The notes under the pieces were generated by a model. The model saw nothing but the letters and a program-made list of their open reading frames with translations, was not told the origin of the DNA and did not search any database. Of a stretch of 64,000 nt of DNA, positions 9,430 through 19,995 are shown in pieces. A program made the translations under genes and the position numbers. Source of the stretch: Spirochaetia bacterium (GTDB lineage: Bacteria; Spirochaetota; Spirochaetia; UBA9216); NCBI GenBank assembly GCA_963675665.1, contig OY776510.1, forward strand, positions 1,056,001-1,120,000, in the 5' to 3' direction. Numbering within the stretch: position 1 is the first letter of the stretch; each line of letters begins with the position of its first letter.

Positions 9430-10149
9430 TCAGCGTCCTTCCGGATGAAAAACATATCCTCTTGACCTGACATTTACAAAGTAAACAGGTTTCGACGGTT
9501 CCGGTTCAAAGTACTTTCTTAACCTCATTATAAAATTATCTACGGTTCGCGTATCTGTTTCCGAATTAACTTGCCACACCTGGTTAAGAAGCTCTTCTCT
9601 TGTGATAACCTGATCGCTATTGTCTACAAAATATTTAAGAAGCGCGCCTTCAAGGGGAGTCAGTCTGGATAAGCCTTTTCCGGACTCGCAGGTAAGATTT
9701 TTAAAATTTATGTGATTGCCGTTGAAACTGTATTCGGATTGAGCAAGAAGACTCTTCCTGTACCAGGCTTTTCTTTTCAGCATACCCTTAACCCTGAGAA
9801 GCAATTCTTCAAGATGAAAGGGCTTTGTCAGGTAATCATCTGCCCCAAAAGCAAGGCCTTTAATCTTGTCCTGAGGCGCGGTTCTGGCAGAAAGAAAAAG
9901 CACAGGAAGGGTCGGGGTACGGGTCCTGATATCTTTTATAACTTCAAATCCGTTTAAAAACGGCAGCATTATATCAAGAATGACCAGATCAACCTCTGCC
10001 CTGCCCAACAGTTCCAGGGCTTTTCTTCCGTTCTCTGCACGCAGGACCCTATACCCTTCTTCTTCAAGATTATATTCAAGACCTGCTGCAAGGCTTTCTT
10101 CATCTTCAACAAGGAGAATATTATAACAAGGATTATTATTTTTATCCAA
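9430..10149 (-). CDS. OmpR-family response regulator
   Basis: VEDE, LDIMLP, KPF, winged helix RTVDNFIMRLRK; TTG start at 10149 after AGGAGG. Confidence 0.9.
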   Translation of the reverse strand: MDKNNNPCYNILLVEDEESLAAGLEYNLEEEGYRVLRAENGRKALELLGRAEVDLVILDIMLPFLNGFEVIKDIRTRTPTLPVLFLSARTAPQDKIKGLAFGADDYLTKPFHLEELLLRVKGMLKRKAWYRKSLLAQSEYSFNGNHINFKNLTCESGKGLSRLTPLEGALLKYFVDNSDQVITREELLNQVWQVNSETDTRTVDNFIMRLRKYFEPEPSKPVYFVNVRSRGYVFHPEGR

Positions 10150-11137
10150 AGTTTTGCAACCCTCCTGCTGATAATCCACTCAGCTTCTTTTCCGCCGGCA
10201 GTTCTATTTTAAAGCTTGTTCCGCTGGTTTGTGGTTTTTTTTGAATGGAAATTTTTCCGTTATGAATTTTCAATATTTCGCGGCACCAGTAAAGGCCCAG
10301 GCCGGTTCCTTTTACTGACGGACTGTCAGGTCTTTTTATCCGTGTAAATTTATTAAAAACGGCTTTTCTTTCCTTATCAGATATGCCTATCCCTTCATCA
10401 GAGAATATAATAATAAACTTTTTTTTATTATGTTCCAGTTTGATGTTTATTCTGACCGGGGGGTCCGAATACTTGATGGAATTGTCCGTTAAATTATTTA
10501 AAACGGTTGCCAATCCCGAAGGATCTATTTTTATATGGCATTCTGTGCAACCTTCTATGGCTATATTATTTTCATTTAATCTGAACTGGTTATAGATCTC
10601 TTTGACAAGATTTCTTACAGTGTCGTCTGCAGGCAGGAGTTCAGGTTCAAAAAAATCGCCTTTATTGTCAAGGATCGAAATTTCCAGAATTGATCCAATC
10701 AGTTTATTCAATCGTTGTGTATCGTCGGCAAGACGTGAAAGGAACTCGATGTACTTTTCTTTCGTAAGCTGATGCCGCTGTAAGGTTTCGATTCCCAGCT
10801 GAATGGAAGCTAACGGTGATTTTAGTTCATGTGTAACATTGGCAATAAATCCGTCGTAGATTCGATTTACAGCAGTCTGACGTATTAACCGGACAAAAAT
10901 GAAAATTAATCCTGTAGATATCAGCAGGATAAGGAGAAGTCCGTAAATGAAAAGGTCGGTTCCATTATTGCGAAGCATAAGATCAGGATTAATCAGATTG
11001 GCGAGGTTGGTGTAGATGACATCATTCGATACGAACCAGAAAATCCAGAAACCAAGTAGTGCAAAACATGAAAGCTGGACAATTGTAAAGAGGGCAATCG
11101 AGTATTTGAGATAGATTTTTCCCTTCATTATTTCCAT
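10142..11137 (-). CDS. Sensor histidine kinase
   Basis: 2 TM helices, THELKSPL H-box, NLTDNSIKY, DEGIG, GTGLGL. Confidence 0.9.
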   Translation of the reverse strand: MEIMKGKIYLKYSIALFTIVQLSCFALLGFWIFWFVSNDVIYTNLANLINPDLMLRNNGTDLFIYGLLLILLISTGLIFIFVRLIRQTAVNRIYDGFIANVTHELKSPLASIQLGIETLQRHQLTKEKYIEFLSRLADDTQRLNKLIGSILEISILDNKGDFFEPELLPADDTVRNLVKEIYNQFRLNENNIAIEGCTECHIKIDPSGLATVLNNLTDNSIKYSDPPVRINIKLEHNKKKFIIIFSDEGIGISDKERKAVFNKFTRIKRPDSPSVKGTGLGLYWCREILKIHNGKISIQKKPQTSGTSFKIELPAEKKLSGLSAGGLQNFG

Positions 11138-11140
11138 AGC

Positions 11141-11162
11141 TCTTTTACACTTCTTTTACACT
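11141..11162. promoter_or_regulatory. Perfect 11-bp tandem direct repeat, putative OmpR-type binding box
   Basis: TCTTTTACACT TCTTTTACACT in the divergent HK/rSAM spacer. Confidence 0.6.
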
Positions 11163-11224
11163 GCCTTTTTATCAACAGGGTTATAATTTAAATATAACAC
11201 ATAACAGACAGGGAGAATCATTAA

Positions 11225-12706
11225 ATGAAAGTATTGTTAATATATCCGGAATTTCCACCGACATTCTGGAGTTTTAAATATGTGCTTCAATTTATTGCAA
11301 AAAAGGCATCCGAGCCGCCGTTGGGATTGTTAACAGTTGCGGCTATGCTTCCGGAAGCGTGGGAGAAAAAACTGGTTAATCTGAACACAGGAAAACTCAC
11401 TAAAACTGATATTCAATGGGCGGACCTTGTTTTTATAAGCGGAATGGATATTCAGAGAAAATCTTTCGAAAGAGCAATAGAAAAGTGTAATGAATCAGGA
11501 GTAAAAGTAGCTGCAGGCGGCCCCATGGTAACCGAGGATCATGAAAGCTTCTCCGGAGTTGATTACTTTATTCTGAATGAAGCAGAGCTGACCTTGAGCC
11601 GGTTTATTGAAGACCTGCAGAACGGCTGTCCCTCAAAAGTTTATGCAAGCAGTGAGTTTGCGGATCTTTCAAAAACACCATCGCCGGACTGGAGTCTTCT
11701 TAAAATGAAAAATTATGCCAGTATGGATATTCAGTATTCCAGGGGATGCCCCTTTAATTGCGATTTTTGCAGTATAACGGCGCTTTTTGGTCATAAGCCG
11801 CGGGTAAAAGAGACTTCCCAGTTTATAAATGAGCTGGATTCCTTGTATGAGTCAGGCTGGCGCGGATCTGTTTTTATAGTGGATGACAATTTTATTGGAA
11901 ATAAAAAACGACTGAAAGAAGATATGCTGCCTGCTCTGATAGCCTGGCAGAAAGCTGCCAAATATCCGTTTACTTTTACAACAGAGGTTTCTATTAATTT
12001 ATCCGATGATGAAATGCTTATGGATTTAATGACACAGGCAGGGTTTCATTCCTGTTTTGTCGGAATTGAATCGCCCGAGGATCAGAGCCTTAATGAATGC
12101 GGCAAGATCCAGAATCAGAAAAGAGACCTGGTTGAATCAGTTAAAACCATGCAGAGAAATGGTTTTAACGTCATGGGTGGGTTCATTGTAGGTTTTGACA
12201 GTGATCCGGATGATATATTTGAAAAACAGGCGAATTTTATCAAAAAAAGCGGAATCGTAACAGCCATGGTCGGTTTGCTGAATGCTCCGCTCGGTACAAG
12301 ACTCTATCGCCGGCTTGAAGCGGATAATCGGATTCTCAATGAATTCACCGGGGACAACACCGACGGAAGTTTAAACTTTATTCCCAGAATGAATGTTAAC
12401 CGGCTTAAGGACGGTTATAAAAATCTAGTTAATACAATCTATTCTCCTAAGGTTTATTTTGAAAGAATTAAAATGTTCTTGTTTGAATACCGGACACCGG
12501 AAGTTCCGGTGAATAACACGTCGTTTTATGATCTCAGGACGCTGTTCCTGACGGTTTTCCGCCTGGGGGTTTTTCGAAAAAACGGAAAAAGATATTTTTG
12601 GAAGCTTTTTGGACATACATTGCGGAATTATCCTAATAAAATCGGAATTGCACTAACTATGGCTGTTTACGGATATCATTTCCAGAAGGTTGCTGATTCT
12701 ATTTGA
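11225..12706 (+). CDS. B12-binding radical SAM protein (DUF4070-type)
   Basis: PPLGLLTVAAMLP B12 domain, RGCPFNCDFC, VDDNFIG. Confidence 0.9.
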   Translation: MKVLLIYPEFPPTFWSFKYVLQFIAKKASEPPLGLLTVAAMLPEAWEKKLVNLNTGKLTKTDIQWADLVFISGMDIQRKSFERAIEKCNESGVKVAAGGPMVTEDHESFSGVDYFILNEAELTLSRFIEDLQNGCPSKVYASSEFADLSKTPSPDWSLLKMKNYASMDIQYSRGCPFNCDFCSITALFGHKPRVKETSQFINELDSLYESGWRGSVFIVDDNFIGNKKRLKEDMLPALIAWQKAAKYPFTFTTEVSINLSDDEMLMDLMTQAGFHSCFVGIESPEDQSLNECGKIQNQKRDLVESVKTMQRNGFNVMGGFIVGFDSDPDDIFEKQANFIKKSGIVTAMVGLLNAPLGTRLYRRLEADNRILNEFTGDNTDGSLNFIPRMNVNRLKDGYKNLVNTIYSPKVYFERIKMFLFEYRTPEVPVNNTSFYDLRTLFLTVFRLGVFRKNGKRYFWKLFGHTLRNYPNKIGIALTMAVYGYHFQKVADSI

Positions 12707-12806
12707 GGTGTCAGTAAAAGCAATCTTCCGCTACATAATCGGGAATTCATTATCGGGTTAGTTTTTATTTGAGAATTTCTGATTGGGATTTATGATATAA
12801 TGAATT

Positions 12807-13610
12807 ATGAAAGAGGCCGTGGTTTATTATTTCTCGGGTTCCGGAAATTCTTATTATATCGCTAAAGAAATAGCCGGAAAAATTAATGCGGAAATCTATC
12901 CGGTAAGGCTTCTGGAAAATCCTGATAAAATTAAAATCGACTGTACGACAGTCGGATTTGTTTTTCCTGTTTATGATTTTAAACCGCCGGCATATGTAAT
13001 AGAATGTATAAAAAATATTATGATTAAAGACAATACATTTCTGTTTTGCGTTGCAAACTACGGTTTATCTGCCGGCAAGACAATTGAATTCTTTAAGAAA
13101 AGTATCGAATCAGACAATATTAATCTGTCGGCCGGATATACGGTAGCAATGCCTCATAACGGAATATGTTCCAGCCTGGTTGCAGAAAAGCATAGACAGA
13201 AGGTTCTGAATACTTCAGAAGCGAAAATAAAAGAGATCAGCGATAAAATTAATAGAAAAGAGCAAAATTTTAAATATAAACATTTCTTACCGGCAGATGT
13301 CTTTAAAGCGGGAATAATAAGAATGTTTCCCGGTCTGTTGAAGTTTATTTTTATATTGATCACAAAAGGTATTGATGTGCTGGCTTTCAGGGTTGAAGAT
13401 TCCTGTAACGGTTGCGGTATATGCAGTTGTGTTTGTCCTGTAAACAATATTAAAATAGTAGAAAATGTGCCTGTCTGGAGCGACAGATGCGCCGGCTGTT
13501 TCGGGTGTCTTCACTGGTGTCCCGAAAAAGCAATTACCCCGGGAGGTTATGAGATGAACATAAAACACTATCATCATCCCGGGGTTAAGGCCAAAGAATT
13601 GTCCCTGTAA
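12807..13610 (+). CDS. EFR1-family ferrodoxin (flavodoxin + 2x4Fe-4S)
   Basis: YFSGSGNS flavodoxin loop; CNGCGICSCVCP and CAGCFGCLHWCP. Confidence 0.85.
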   Translation: MKEAVVYYFSGSGNSYYIAKEIAGKINAEIYPVRLLENPDKIKIDCTTVGFVFPVYDFKPPAYVIECIKNIMIKDNTFLFCVANYGLSAGKTIEFFKKSIESDNINLSAGYTVAMPHNGICSSLVAEKHRQKVLNTSEAKIKEISDKINRKEQNFKYKHFLPADVFKAGIIRMFPGLLKFIFILITKGIDVLAFRVEDSCNGCGICSCVCPVNNIKIVENVPVWSDRCAGCFGCLHWCPEKAITPGGYEMNIKHYHHPGVKAKELSL

Positions 13611-13687
13611 CAGTGTCAGGTTCAGTTTGTGTTTTTATGGCTTCTGGAAATATTCCCGGAGCTTTAACATGTATTAAGGGGTGGTCT

Positions 13688-14944
13688 TTGCAAAAACTAA
13701 ATATTAAACATCTTTCTGTTTATACTGTAATACTGGCAATTGCTGTATTGTTTTCAGGTCTTGATTTATCGGCATTCGGGTATGAAAATTTTATTCGGAT
13801 ATTTAAAAAAATCACTTTTATAGTTCCATTGTTGTTTATAATTTCAGCTTTTCTTGCTTTCAAGATCTCGGAAACCAGAATTGTTCTGATTTCGCTATCC
13901 TTTCTTGTTCTGTCGCTTTCTGAACAGCTTATTCCGATTCTGTCGAATATTGCTGTTACGGGACGTTTTGCTGCCCTTGATAAGCTGGTTGCTCCTGAAC
14001 TGCTGCGGGAGTTCTTTGCCTTGCTTCCCTTATTATTCCCGTTTACCATAAGCCTGGTTTTTCTGGTTCCTGACAGGATTGCAGGAAAATCAACAATCAT
14101 TTTAAGGATTTTTCTGGCGATCTTGCCGGTGGTCCTGTTTATGCTTCAGAATCATTTTGAATATCAGTTTTTTGATAAATTCCGTTTCGGCGGGTATATG
14201 CTGCCGTGGCCGGGAATAGTTACTGCTCTTCTGCCGGTCGCCGTCGCCGGTTTATACAAAGACAGACGTTTTAAAACATTTTCAGCTGCGCTGACATATG
14301 CACTGATTATTATCATGATGCCGGGTATTTTTTTACGAAGCGGATTTCCGGCAGAACTGAGTGTGCTTTTAGCGGGGATGATTCTTCTTCATGCGCTGTA
14401 CAGGGTATACTGGGAAAATTCATATATTGATGAGTTAACCGGATTGCATAACCGGAGGGCCCTGGATGAAAAGCTTGGAAGGCTGAGAAGCAGGTATGTT
14501 TTGTCTATGGTTGATGTTGATCATTTCAAGAACTTTAACGACACATACGGACATGAGGAGGGAGACAATGTATTGAGGCTTGTCTCAAGAATTCTGTTTC
14601 TTAATTTTGGAAATTGTGCCTACAGATATGGTGGAGAGGAGTTTTGTGTTGTTTTTTCAGGGACAAATGTTGAAACAGCCGCGGAAAAGATGAATCGGGC
14701 CAGGGCGGATATAGAGGAACACAAGTTTTCTATAAGAAGTAAAACAAAAAAGAGAAAAAAAGCAGATCGTAAAACCACCGGAAAAAGGGTCAGGAAGGTA
14801 AGTTTAACCGTAAGCGCCGGAGTTGCGGTGCCTGTAAAATCAACCCGTGATGCAGCTGAAGTCCTGAAAAATGCCGATAAGGCCCTGTATAAAGCGAAAG
14901 AGAACGGACGAAACTGTGTAGTTATTAATAAAAGCAGGACATAA
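13688..14944 (+). CDS. Membrane-bound diguanylate cyclase (GGDEF)
   Basis: Multiple TM helices, DELTGLHNRR, DVDHFKNFNDTYGH, RYGGEEF; likely TTG start 13688 (track start 13613). Confidence 0.9.
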   Translation: MQKLNIKHLSVYTVILAIAVLFSGLDLSAFGYENFIRIFKKITFIVPLLFIISAFLAFKISETRIVLISLSFLVLSLSEQLIPILSNIAVTGRFAALDKLVAPELLREFFALLPLLFPFTISLVFLVPDRIAGKSTIILRIFLAILPVVLFMLQNHFEYQFFDKFRFGGYMLPWPGIVTALLPVAVAGLYKDRRFKTFSAALTYALIIIMMPGIFLRSGFPAELSVLLAGMILLHALYRVYWENSYIDELTGLHNRRALDEKLGRLRSRYVLSMVDVDHFKNFNDTYGHEEGDNVLRLVSRILFLNFGNCAYRYGGEEFCVVFSGTNVETAAEKMNRARADIEEHKFSIRSKTKKRKKADRKTTGKRVRKVSLTVSAGVAVPVKSTRDAAEVLKNADKALYKAKENGRNCVVINKSRT

Positions 14945-15023
14945 ACCGCAATTACCCGGTTGCAATGATGCTGCAAACATGATATTTTATACAATATCCA
15001 ATAACCAATAAAGAGAGCAAATT

Positions 15024-15746
15024 ATGGATGTTTCTTTTTCAAACGATTATGACTATTTGATGGATAATCATAAAACCTTATCCGTTAAAGTTTATGATAT
15101 GATTCTGAATCTCATTATCGAAGGGAAGTTGAAGGTTGATGAAAGAATCAATTCCGATTTAATAGCAAAATCCTTTAGTGTGAGCAGAACCCCGGTTAGA
15201 GAAGCATTAAAATCATTGGAAAAGACAGGACTTGTTCATTTTAAATCGTATTCAGGCGCCTATGTAAAAAAACTGACTGTAGAGGAAATCGAAGAGATTT
15301 ACAGTATCAGAAAAATTCTGGAGTCGTTTGCATTGAAAGAAGCTATTGATAATGTTTGTGAAAATGATATCAGCAGATTATATAAAATTCAGAATAAAAT
15401 AGAAGTCCTGATCGAAAACGAACCGGTGGACGTCAAAAAAGTTTATGATTTGAATGCATTATTTCATATGACGTTATATAAAATTTCCAAGATGCCGAAA
15501 CTCTGCGAAATGATAGAAACCTTATGGATCAACCTGTCTCTTTACCGGTTTCTTTTAGCCAGCAAGGAAAGTTATTCTGATACAATAAAAACCGAGCACC
15601 AGGATTATATTGATTGTCTCAAAAATAAGGATAAGGATAAAATAATTTCAATTATTCAGAGAAATCTTGATAATCATCTAAAAAAAGTCCCGGCGCTTGT
15701 GAATGATTATTATTTATCTCTTGAAAAAGGCACAGTTCTTCTTTGA
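15024..15746 (+). CDS. GntR/FCD family regulator
   Basis: VSRTPVREAL HTH, FCD N..FH motif. Confidence 0.9.
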   Translation: MDVSFSNDYDYLMDNHKTLSVKVYDMILNLIIEGKLKVDERINSDLIAKSFSVSRTPVREALKSLEKTGLVHFKSYSGAYVKKLTVEEIEEIYSIRKILESFALKEAIDNVCENDISRLYKIQNKIEVLIENEPVDVKKVYDLNALFHMTLYKISKMPKLCEMIETLWINLSLYRFLLASKESYSDTIKTEHQDYIDCLKNKDKDKIISIIQRNLDNHLKKVPALVNDYYLSLEKGTVLL

Positions 15747-15815
15747 TTTTGAATATTCTATATAAACAAATATATATAAAACGAAAATCCATGTAACAAG
15801 TATTTTTAAAATTTC

Positions 15816-15880
15816 TTGACAATCCTTTGTCAGTGGTTTATAGTATTGTATCCAATACACAATATCCACTATATTGGATA
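15816..15880 (+). promoter_or_regulatory. Sigma70 promoter with putative GntR operators upstream of TRAP operon
   Basis: TTGACA...TATAGT followed by TTGTATCCAATACACAA and TATCCA-n6-TGGATA inverted repeats. Confidence 0.55.
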
Positions 15881-15992
15881 ATATAAAACCTTGTATAATT
15901 GCTTAATATACAATTAGGTAAAGAGCCATGTCCGGATGGAATTTTAAAGACGAATTCTGTTCGGTATGGATTAAAAAACTATCAGGAGGAAG

Positions 15993-17105
15993 ATGATGAA
16001 AAAAACTGGTTACAATAAGGCTGTGGTTATGATCATAAGCTTGTTGCTGACACTGTTTGTATTGGTCGGCTGCGAAAAAGGAGAGTCGGCACAAAAGGAA
16101 GATACAGGATCTGGAAAGAAGACCATTACTCTTCGAATAAGCGGGGGGCAGCCTGAATCTGCACCTATGGTTGAGTATGTCAGTAATTACTTCTGTGATG
16201 AGGTCGCCAGGCAGGTTGCTGAAAAGACTGATTATGAAATTGAATGGATGAAGGGCTGGGCCGGTTCCATGGTTAAGCTGGGAGAAGCATTGGAAGGTAT
16301 TGAAGCCGGTATAGTGGATATTGGTATTTCGGTTATTCCTCTTGAACCGGCAAAAGCCAAGCTATGGAATATGTTCTATTATATGCCGTTTGCCAGCTAT
16401 GATTCTACAATAGGCGTTAAGGTTGTAATGGAAATGATAGATAAATATCCTCAATTTTCCGGGCTTTTTGATGAATATAATATAAAATTTATAGGAGTCG
16501 GGCATACAGAACCTTACGGACTGTTCTCATCCTATAAAATTACTTCAGTGAAAGATCTAGACGGAGAAAAGGTTGGAGCCGCCGGTGCAAATCTTACCTG
16601 GGTTGAAGGATCTGGCGCAGCTTCTGTTCAATCTCCTCTGCCGGAAATGTATACAAGTATCCAAACCGGCGTTTATAAGGTAGGTATTCAGCCGGCTTCA
16701 ATGGCTATTAATGTACAGGCACATGAAGTTGCGCCGTTTATCGTAGACGGGTTTTCCTCCATTCCCTGTGATTTACTCCTTATGAATAAAGATTCTTTTG
16801 CAAAATTACCACCGGAAGTTCAGGAGATCTTTGTTTCTGTTGGAAAAAGTTATACAGCTACCGAGGCGCAATTTGTAATGGATTCTTATGCGGCATGTCG
16901 GGAAAGAGCAATTGAAGAAGGCGCAACAGTTCATTCACTTTCTTATGAAGAAAAGGTTGAATGGGCTAACCAGATTCCTAATTCTGTCGGCAAACTGGTA
17001 AAAGAACTGGAGGATATGGGATATCCAGCTGCAGAAATGGCTGATTTTTATTACAGCGAGTTAGCTAAGGCGGGAGTAAAGCAGGTTAGAAAGTGGGAAT
17101 ACTAG
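15993..17105 (+). CDS. dctP: TRAP transporter substrate-binding lipoprotein
   Basis: Lipobox LVGC; DctP-like 'G.VDIG', 'DLDGEKVG', 'PEMYTSIQTGV', 'LPPEVQ'. Confidence 0.85.
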   Translation: MMKKTGYNKAVVMIISLLLTLFVLVGCEKGESAQKEDTGSGKKTITLRISGGQPESAPMVEYVSNYFCDEVARQVAEKTDYEIEWMKGWAGSMVKLGEALEGIEAGIVDIGISVIPLEPAKAKLWNMFYYMPFASYDSTIGVKVVMEMIDKYPQFSGLFDEYNIKFIGVGHTEPYGLFSSYKITSVKDLDGEKVGAAGANLTWVEGSGAASVQSPLPEMYTSIQTGVYKVGIQPASMAINVQAHEVAPFIVDGFSSIPCDLLLMNKDSFAKLPPEVQEIFVSVGKSYTATEAQFVMDSYAACRERAIEEGATVHSLSYEEKVEWANQIPNSVGKLVKELEDMGYPAAEMADFYYSELAKAGVKQVRKWEY

Positions 17106-17136
17106 AAGTCAGGTCAAACTGATACTGATTTGGTTC

Positions 17137-17169
17137 AATGAGAGATAAGACTTGTTCTTATCTCTCATT
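17137..17169. terminator. Perfect 14-bp hairpin after dctP (mRNA-stabilising or attenuating stem)
   Basis: AATGAGAGATAAGA-cttgt-TCTTATCTCTCATT. Confidence 0.65.
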
Positions 17170-17231
17170 ATCTGAAACGGCTGTATTCGGATTGTAAGTC
17201 ATATTGAAGATATTATGGGGGTGGTAATGTT

Positions 17232-17774
17232 ATGATAGATACATTTTTACATATAGATAGGGTTAAAACCAGGGGACTGGAAATCATGAACACAATCGCC
17301 TGTTTCTGGATTTTTATTCTGATGATTTTAATTGCTATAGATGTGTTGGGCAGGGTTTTATTCAATACCCCATTTAAGGGAACGCCCGAACTTGTAAGTA
17401 ATTCAATTCTTGCTATTACTTTTCTTGAAATCCCATATGTACTTCATCGTGGAAATCATGTAAAGAGCACATTGCTGCTGGACAGGATGAAACCGATGCC
17501 GAAGTTTATTTTTGAAACGGCAGCTTTCATAATCGGAATAGTAATGATGATATTTTTAATAAAATCAAGCTGGCCGGCATTTATTAAAGCCGTTCAGATT
17601 GGAGAATACGAAGGAGAAGGGGCTTTGAGAGTTCCAACTTCTCCAACAAGAGGCATCATAATATTCGGATCAGTTTTGATGATTGTGGAATATCTTTTTC
17701 TGGTGATTAAGCGGATTCTGATATTTACAGAAAAAATTGATGAATCAAATATCATTGAAGAAGGGAGCCACTAA
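17232..17774 (+). CDS. dctQ: TRAP small permease
   Basis: 4 TM, DVLGR.LFN.P, HV motif; between dctP and dctM. Confidence 0.85.
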   Translation: MIDTFLHIDRVKTRGLEIMNTIACFWIFILMILIAIDVLGRVLFNTPFKGTPELVSNSILAITFLEIPYVLHRGNHVKSTLLLDRMKPMPKFIFETAAFIIGIVMMIFLIKSSWPAFIKAVQIGEYEGEGALRVPTSPTRGIIIFGSVLMIVEYLFLVIKRILIFTEKIDESNIIEEGSH

Positions 17775-17776
17775 AA

Positions 17777-19099
17777 ATGAGTATTGGGTTAATAATATTA
17801 ATTACACTGGTTTTATTATTTTTACTTGTTATAAGCGGCGTTCATCTGGCCATTTCTCTGATGTTGACATCAATTGTAACAATGTATCTTTCGTTTGGAG
17901 ACCTGGGATTAGCAATTAAGCTTTTGGGAACTACAACATTCAGCTCTATTCGCGAATATACGTTTGGAGTTATCCCTTTATTTGTACTTATGGGGCTGTT
18001 TGCCAACCTGTCGGGAGCCAGCAGGGAATTATATGATTCTGCCGGTTTGCTGTTGAAACGGGTAAGAGGCGGCGTCGGAATAGGAACAATTATCGCCAAT
18101 GCAATTTTTGCGGCAATTACCGGCGTATCGATTGCATCTGCAGCAGTCTTTACAAAAATTGCCATACCGCAGATGTCGAGGCTGGGCTATGATAAAAAAT
18201 TTGCAGTAGGGACTGTCACGGGAAGTTCCATTCTAGGTATGCTTATTCCTCCCAGCATCTTAATGATTGTGTACGGCTCCGTATCTGAGGTTTCAATAGG
18301 CTCTTTATTTGTAGCCGGTGTTATTCCCGGGCTGATTATGTCTCTTGCTTTTGTTGTTGTAGTGATTGCCGTAAGCAGAATAAAAAAAGATGCAATTCCT
18401 CCGGTTATCCCTCTGACGGATTATGAGAAAGATAATTTTTGGAAGATTGTTTCAAAGCCCTGGGCCATTACCATTTTAATAATGATTTCTCTGGGCGGAA
18501 TCTGGCTGGGCTTTTTTACACCTACTGAAGCTGGCGGAATAGGTGCATTAGGCGCCCTTATAATTGCAGTAATTAAAAGAAAAGCTAATATTAAAAATAT
18601 CTGGGAAACATTGCTGTCTGCCGGAGCTACTACGGGAAGTGTGCTGATACTTCTGGTTACTGCCCAGATGTATTCAAAAGCACTGGCGTTGAGCGGAGCT
18701 TTGAATCTGATTCATGTTTTTATAATCGGGTTAAATGTACCGCCGTTGATAATCATTTTTATATTCATGCTTATTCTGGTAGCACTCGGATGTATTCTTG
18801 ATCCGACTTCAATCATCCTGCTGACAATGCCGGTTATGGTTCCTATTGTCAATTCATTTGAAATGAGCCTGGTATGGTTCGGTATTGTGGGAATTATAGC
18901 GACGGAAACCGGATTGCTCACGCCTCCGTTCGGAATATCCGTTTATACGGTTAAATCCGCTCTTAATGGTATTCCCGAGGCCGAAGGGCTTACCGTCGAA
19001 GATATTTTTTCGGGTTCGTTCCCGTTTCTTTTGGCAATGTTTGCTGTGCTGATTCTTCTGGTGGTTGTACCTGACTTGGTTACGATTCTTCTTGGATGA
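17777..19099 (+). CDS. dctM: TRAP large permease
   Basis: IPLFVLMG, LGMLIPPS, FTPTEAG, TPPFG. Confidence 0.95.
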   Translation: MSIGLIILITLVLLFLLVISGVHLAISLMLTSIVTMYLSFGDLGLAIKLLGTTTFSSIREYTFGVIPLFVLMGLFANLSGASRELYDSAGLLLKRVRGGVGIGTIIANAIFAAITGVSIASAAVFTKIAIPQMSRLGYDKKFAVGTVTGSSILGMLIPPSILMIVYGSVSEVSIGSLFVAGVIPGLIMSLAFVVVVIAVSRIKKDAIPPVIPLTDYEKDNFWKIVSKPWAITILIMISLGGIWLGFFTPTEAGGIGALGALIIAVIKRKANIKNIWETLLSAGATTGSVLILLVTAQMYSKALALSGALNLIHVFIIGLNVPPLIIIFIFMLILVALGCILDPTSIILLTMPVMVPIVNSFEMSLVWFGIVGIIATETGLLTPPFGISVYTVKSALNGIPEAEGLTVEDIFSGSFPFLLAMFAVLILLVVVPDLVTILLG

Positions 19100-19152
19100 T
19101 GCGGAAAAACAACGATTTTAAAACCTGGTTTGATATTTGAGGAGAATAAAAT

Positions 19153-19959
19153 ATGACTAAATTAACTGTGAGACCTATAAACACAGGTTATGTCACTTCA
19201 ATAAAAACACAATACTGGTATCACCATTCGGTAATAAAATATTATCCTGATGCAACGGATGAAAGAATTGATATGCCGTGTTTCACTTTCCTGATTGAGG
19301 GCGGGGACAAGCTGTTGCTGGTTGATACCGGAATGGCCTGGAGCGAGCGGGCAAGCAATTATCATCATCCGGGCTCCAGGCAGCCTGAGGGAATGGCAAT
19401 CTATGAACAGCTTGAAAAAATAGGTTACAAGCCGGAAGACATAGAGATTGTCATTTTTACTCATTTGCATTGGGACCATTGCTATTATGCTGATAAATTT
19501 ACAAATGCAGAATTTTATGTTCATAAAAAAGAATATGAAACAGCCTTTAACCCGATTCCCCTTTACTATAAATCTTATGAACATCCTGAAACAGGAATTG
19601 AAAAAAGGCAGTTTGAGGATTTGGATTTCATTATAATAACAGGAGAACGCGAAATTATTGATGGTGTAAGAGTCTTTGAAACGCCGGGCCATTCTCCGGG
19701 GCATATATCGGTAGAGGTTGATACAGCCAATGGTTTATATATATGCGCAGGTGATTCGGTTTTTGTTCCTGATAATATGAAGCCGGTACCGGAAATGCAT
19801 TATAATCTTACTCCTCCGGGAAGGTTTTATAATATTATTGAGACCTGGAACAGTATAGAACTGCAGAAAGAACGTACACAGGATAATAGTTTTATACTTT
19901 GCTGTCATGATATTTCACTTGAGGAAGTTGTTAAAAAGACACCTGTGTTAGGACTATAA
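19153..19959 (+). CDS. N-acyl homoserine lactonase-family MBL hydrolase
   Basis: VDTG, THLHWDH, TPGHSPGH, AGD. Confidence 0.85.
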   Translation: MTKLTVRPINTGYVTSIKTQYWYHHSVIKYYPDATDERIDMPCFTFLIEGGDKLLLVDTGMAWSERASNYHHPGSRQPEGMAIYEQLEKIGYKPEDIEIVIFTHLHWDHCYYADKFTNAEFYVHKKEYETAFNPIPLYYKSYEHPETGIEKRQFEDLDFIIITGEREIIDGVRVFETPGHSPGHISVEVDTANGLYICAGDSVFVPDNMKPVPEMHYNLTPPGRFYNIIETWNSIELQKERTQDNSFILCCHDISLEEVVKKTPVLGL

Positions 19960-19995
19960 TATAATCATAAACTCGATTTGGGAGTGGATAACTTA

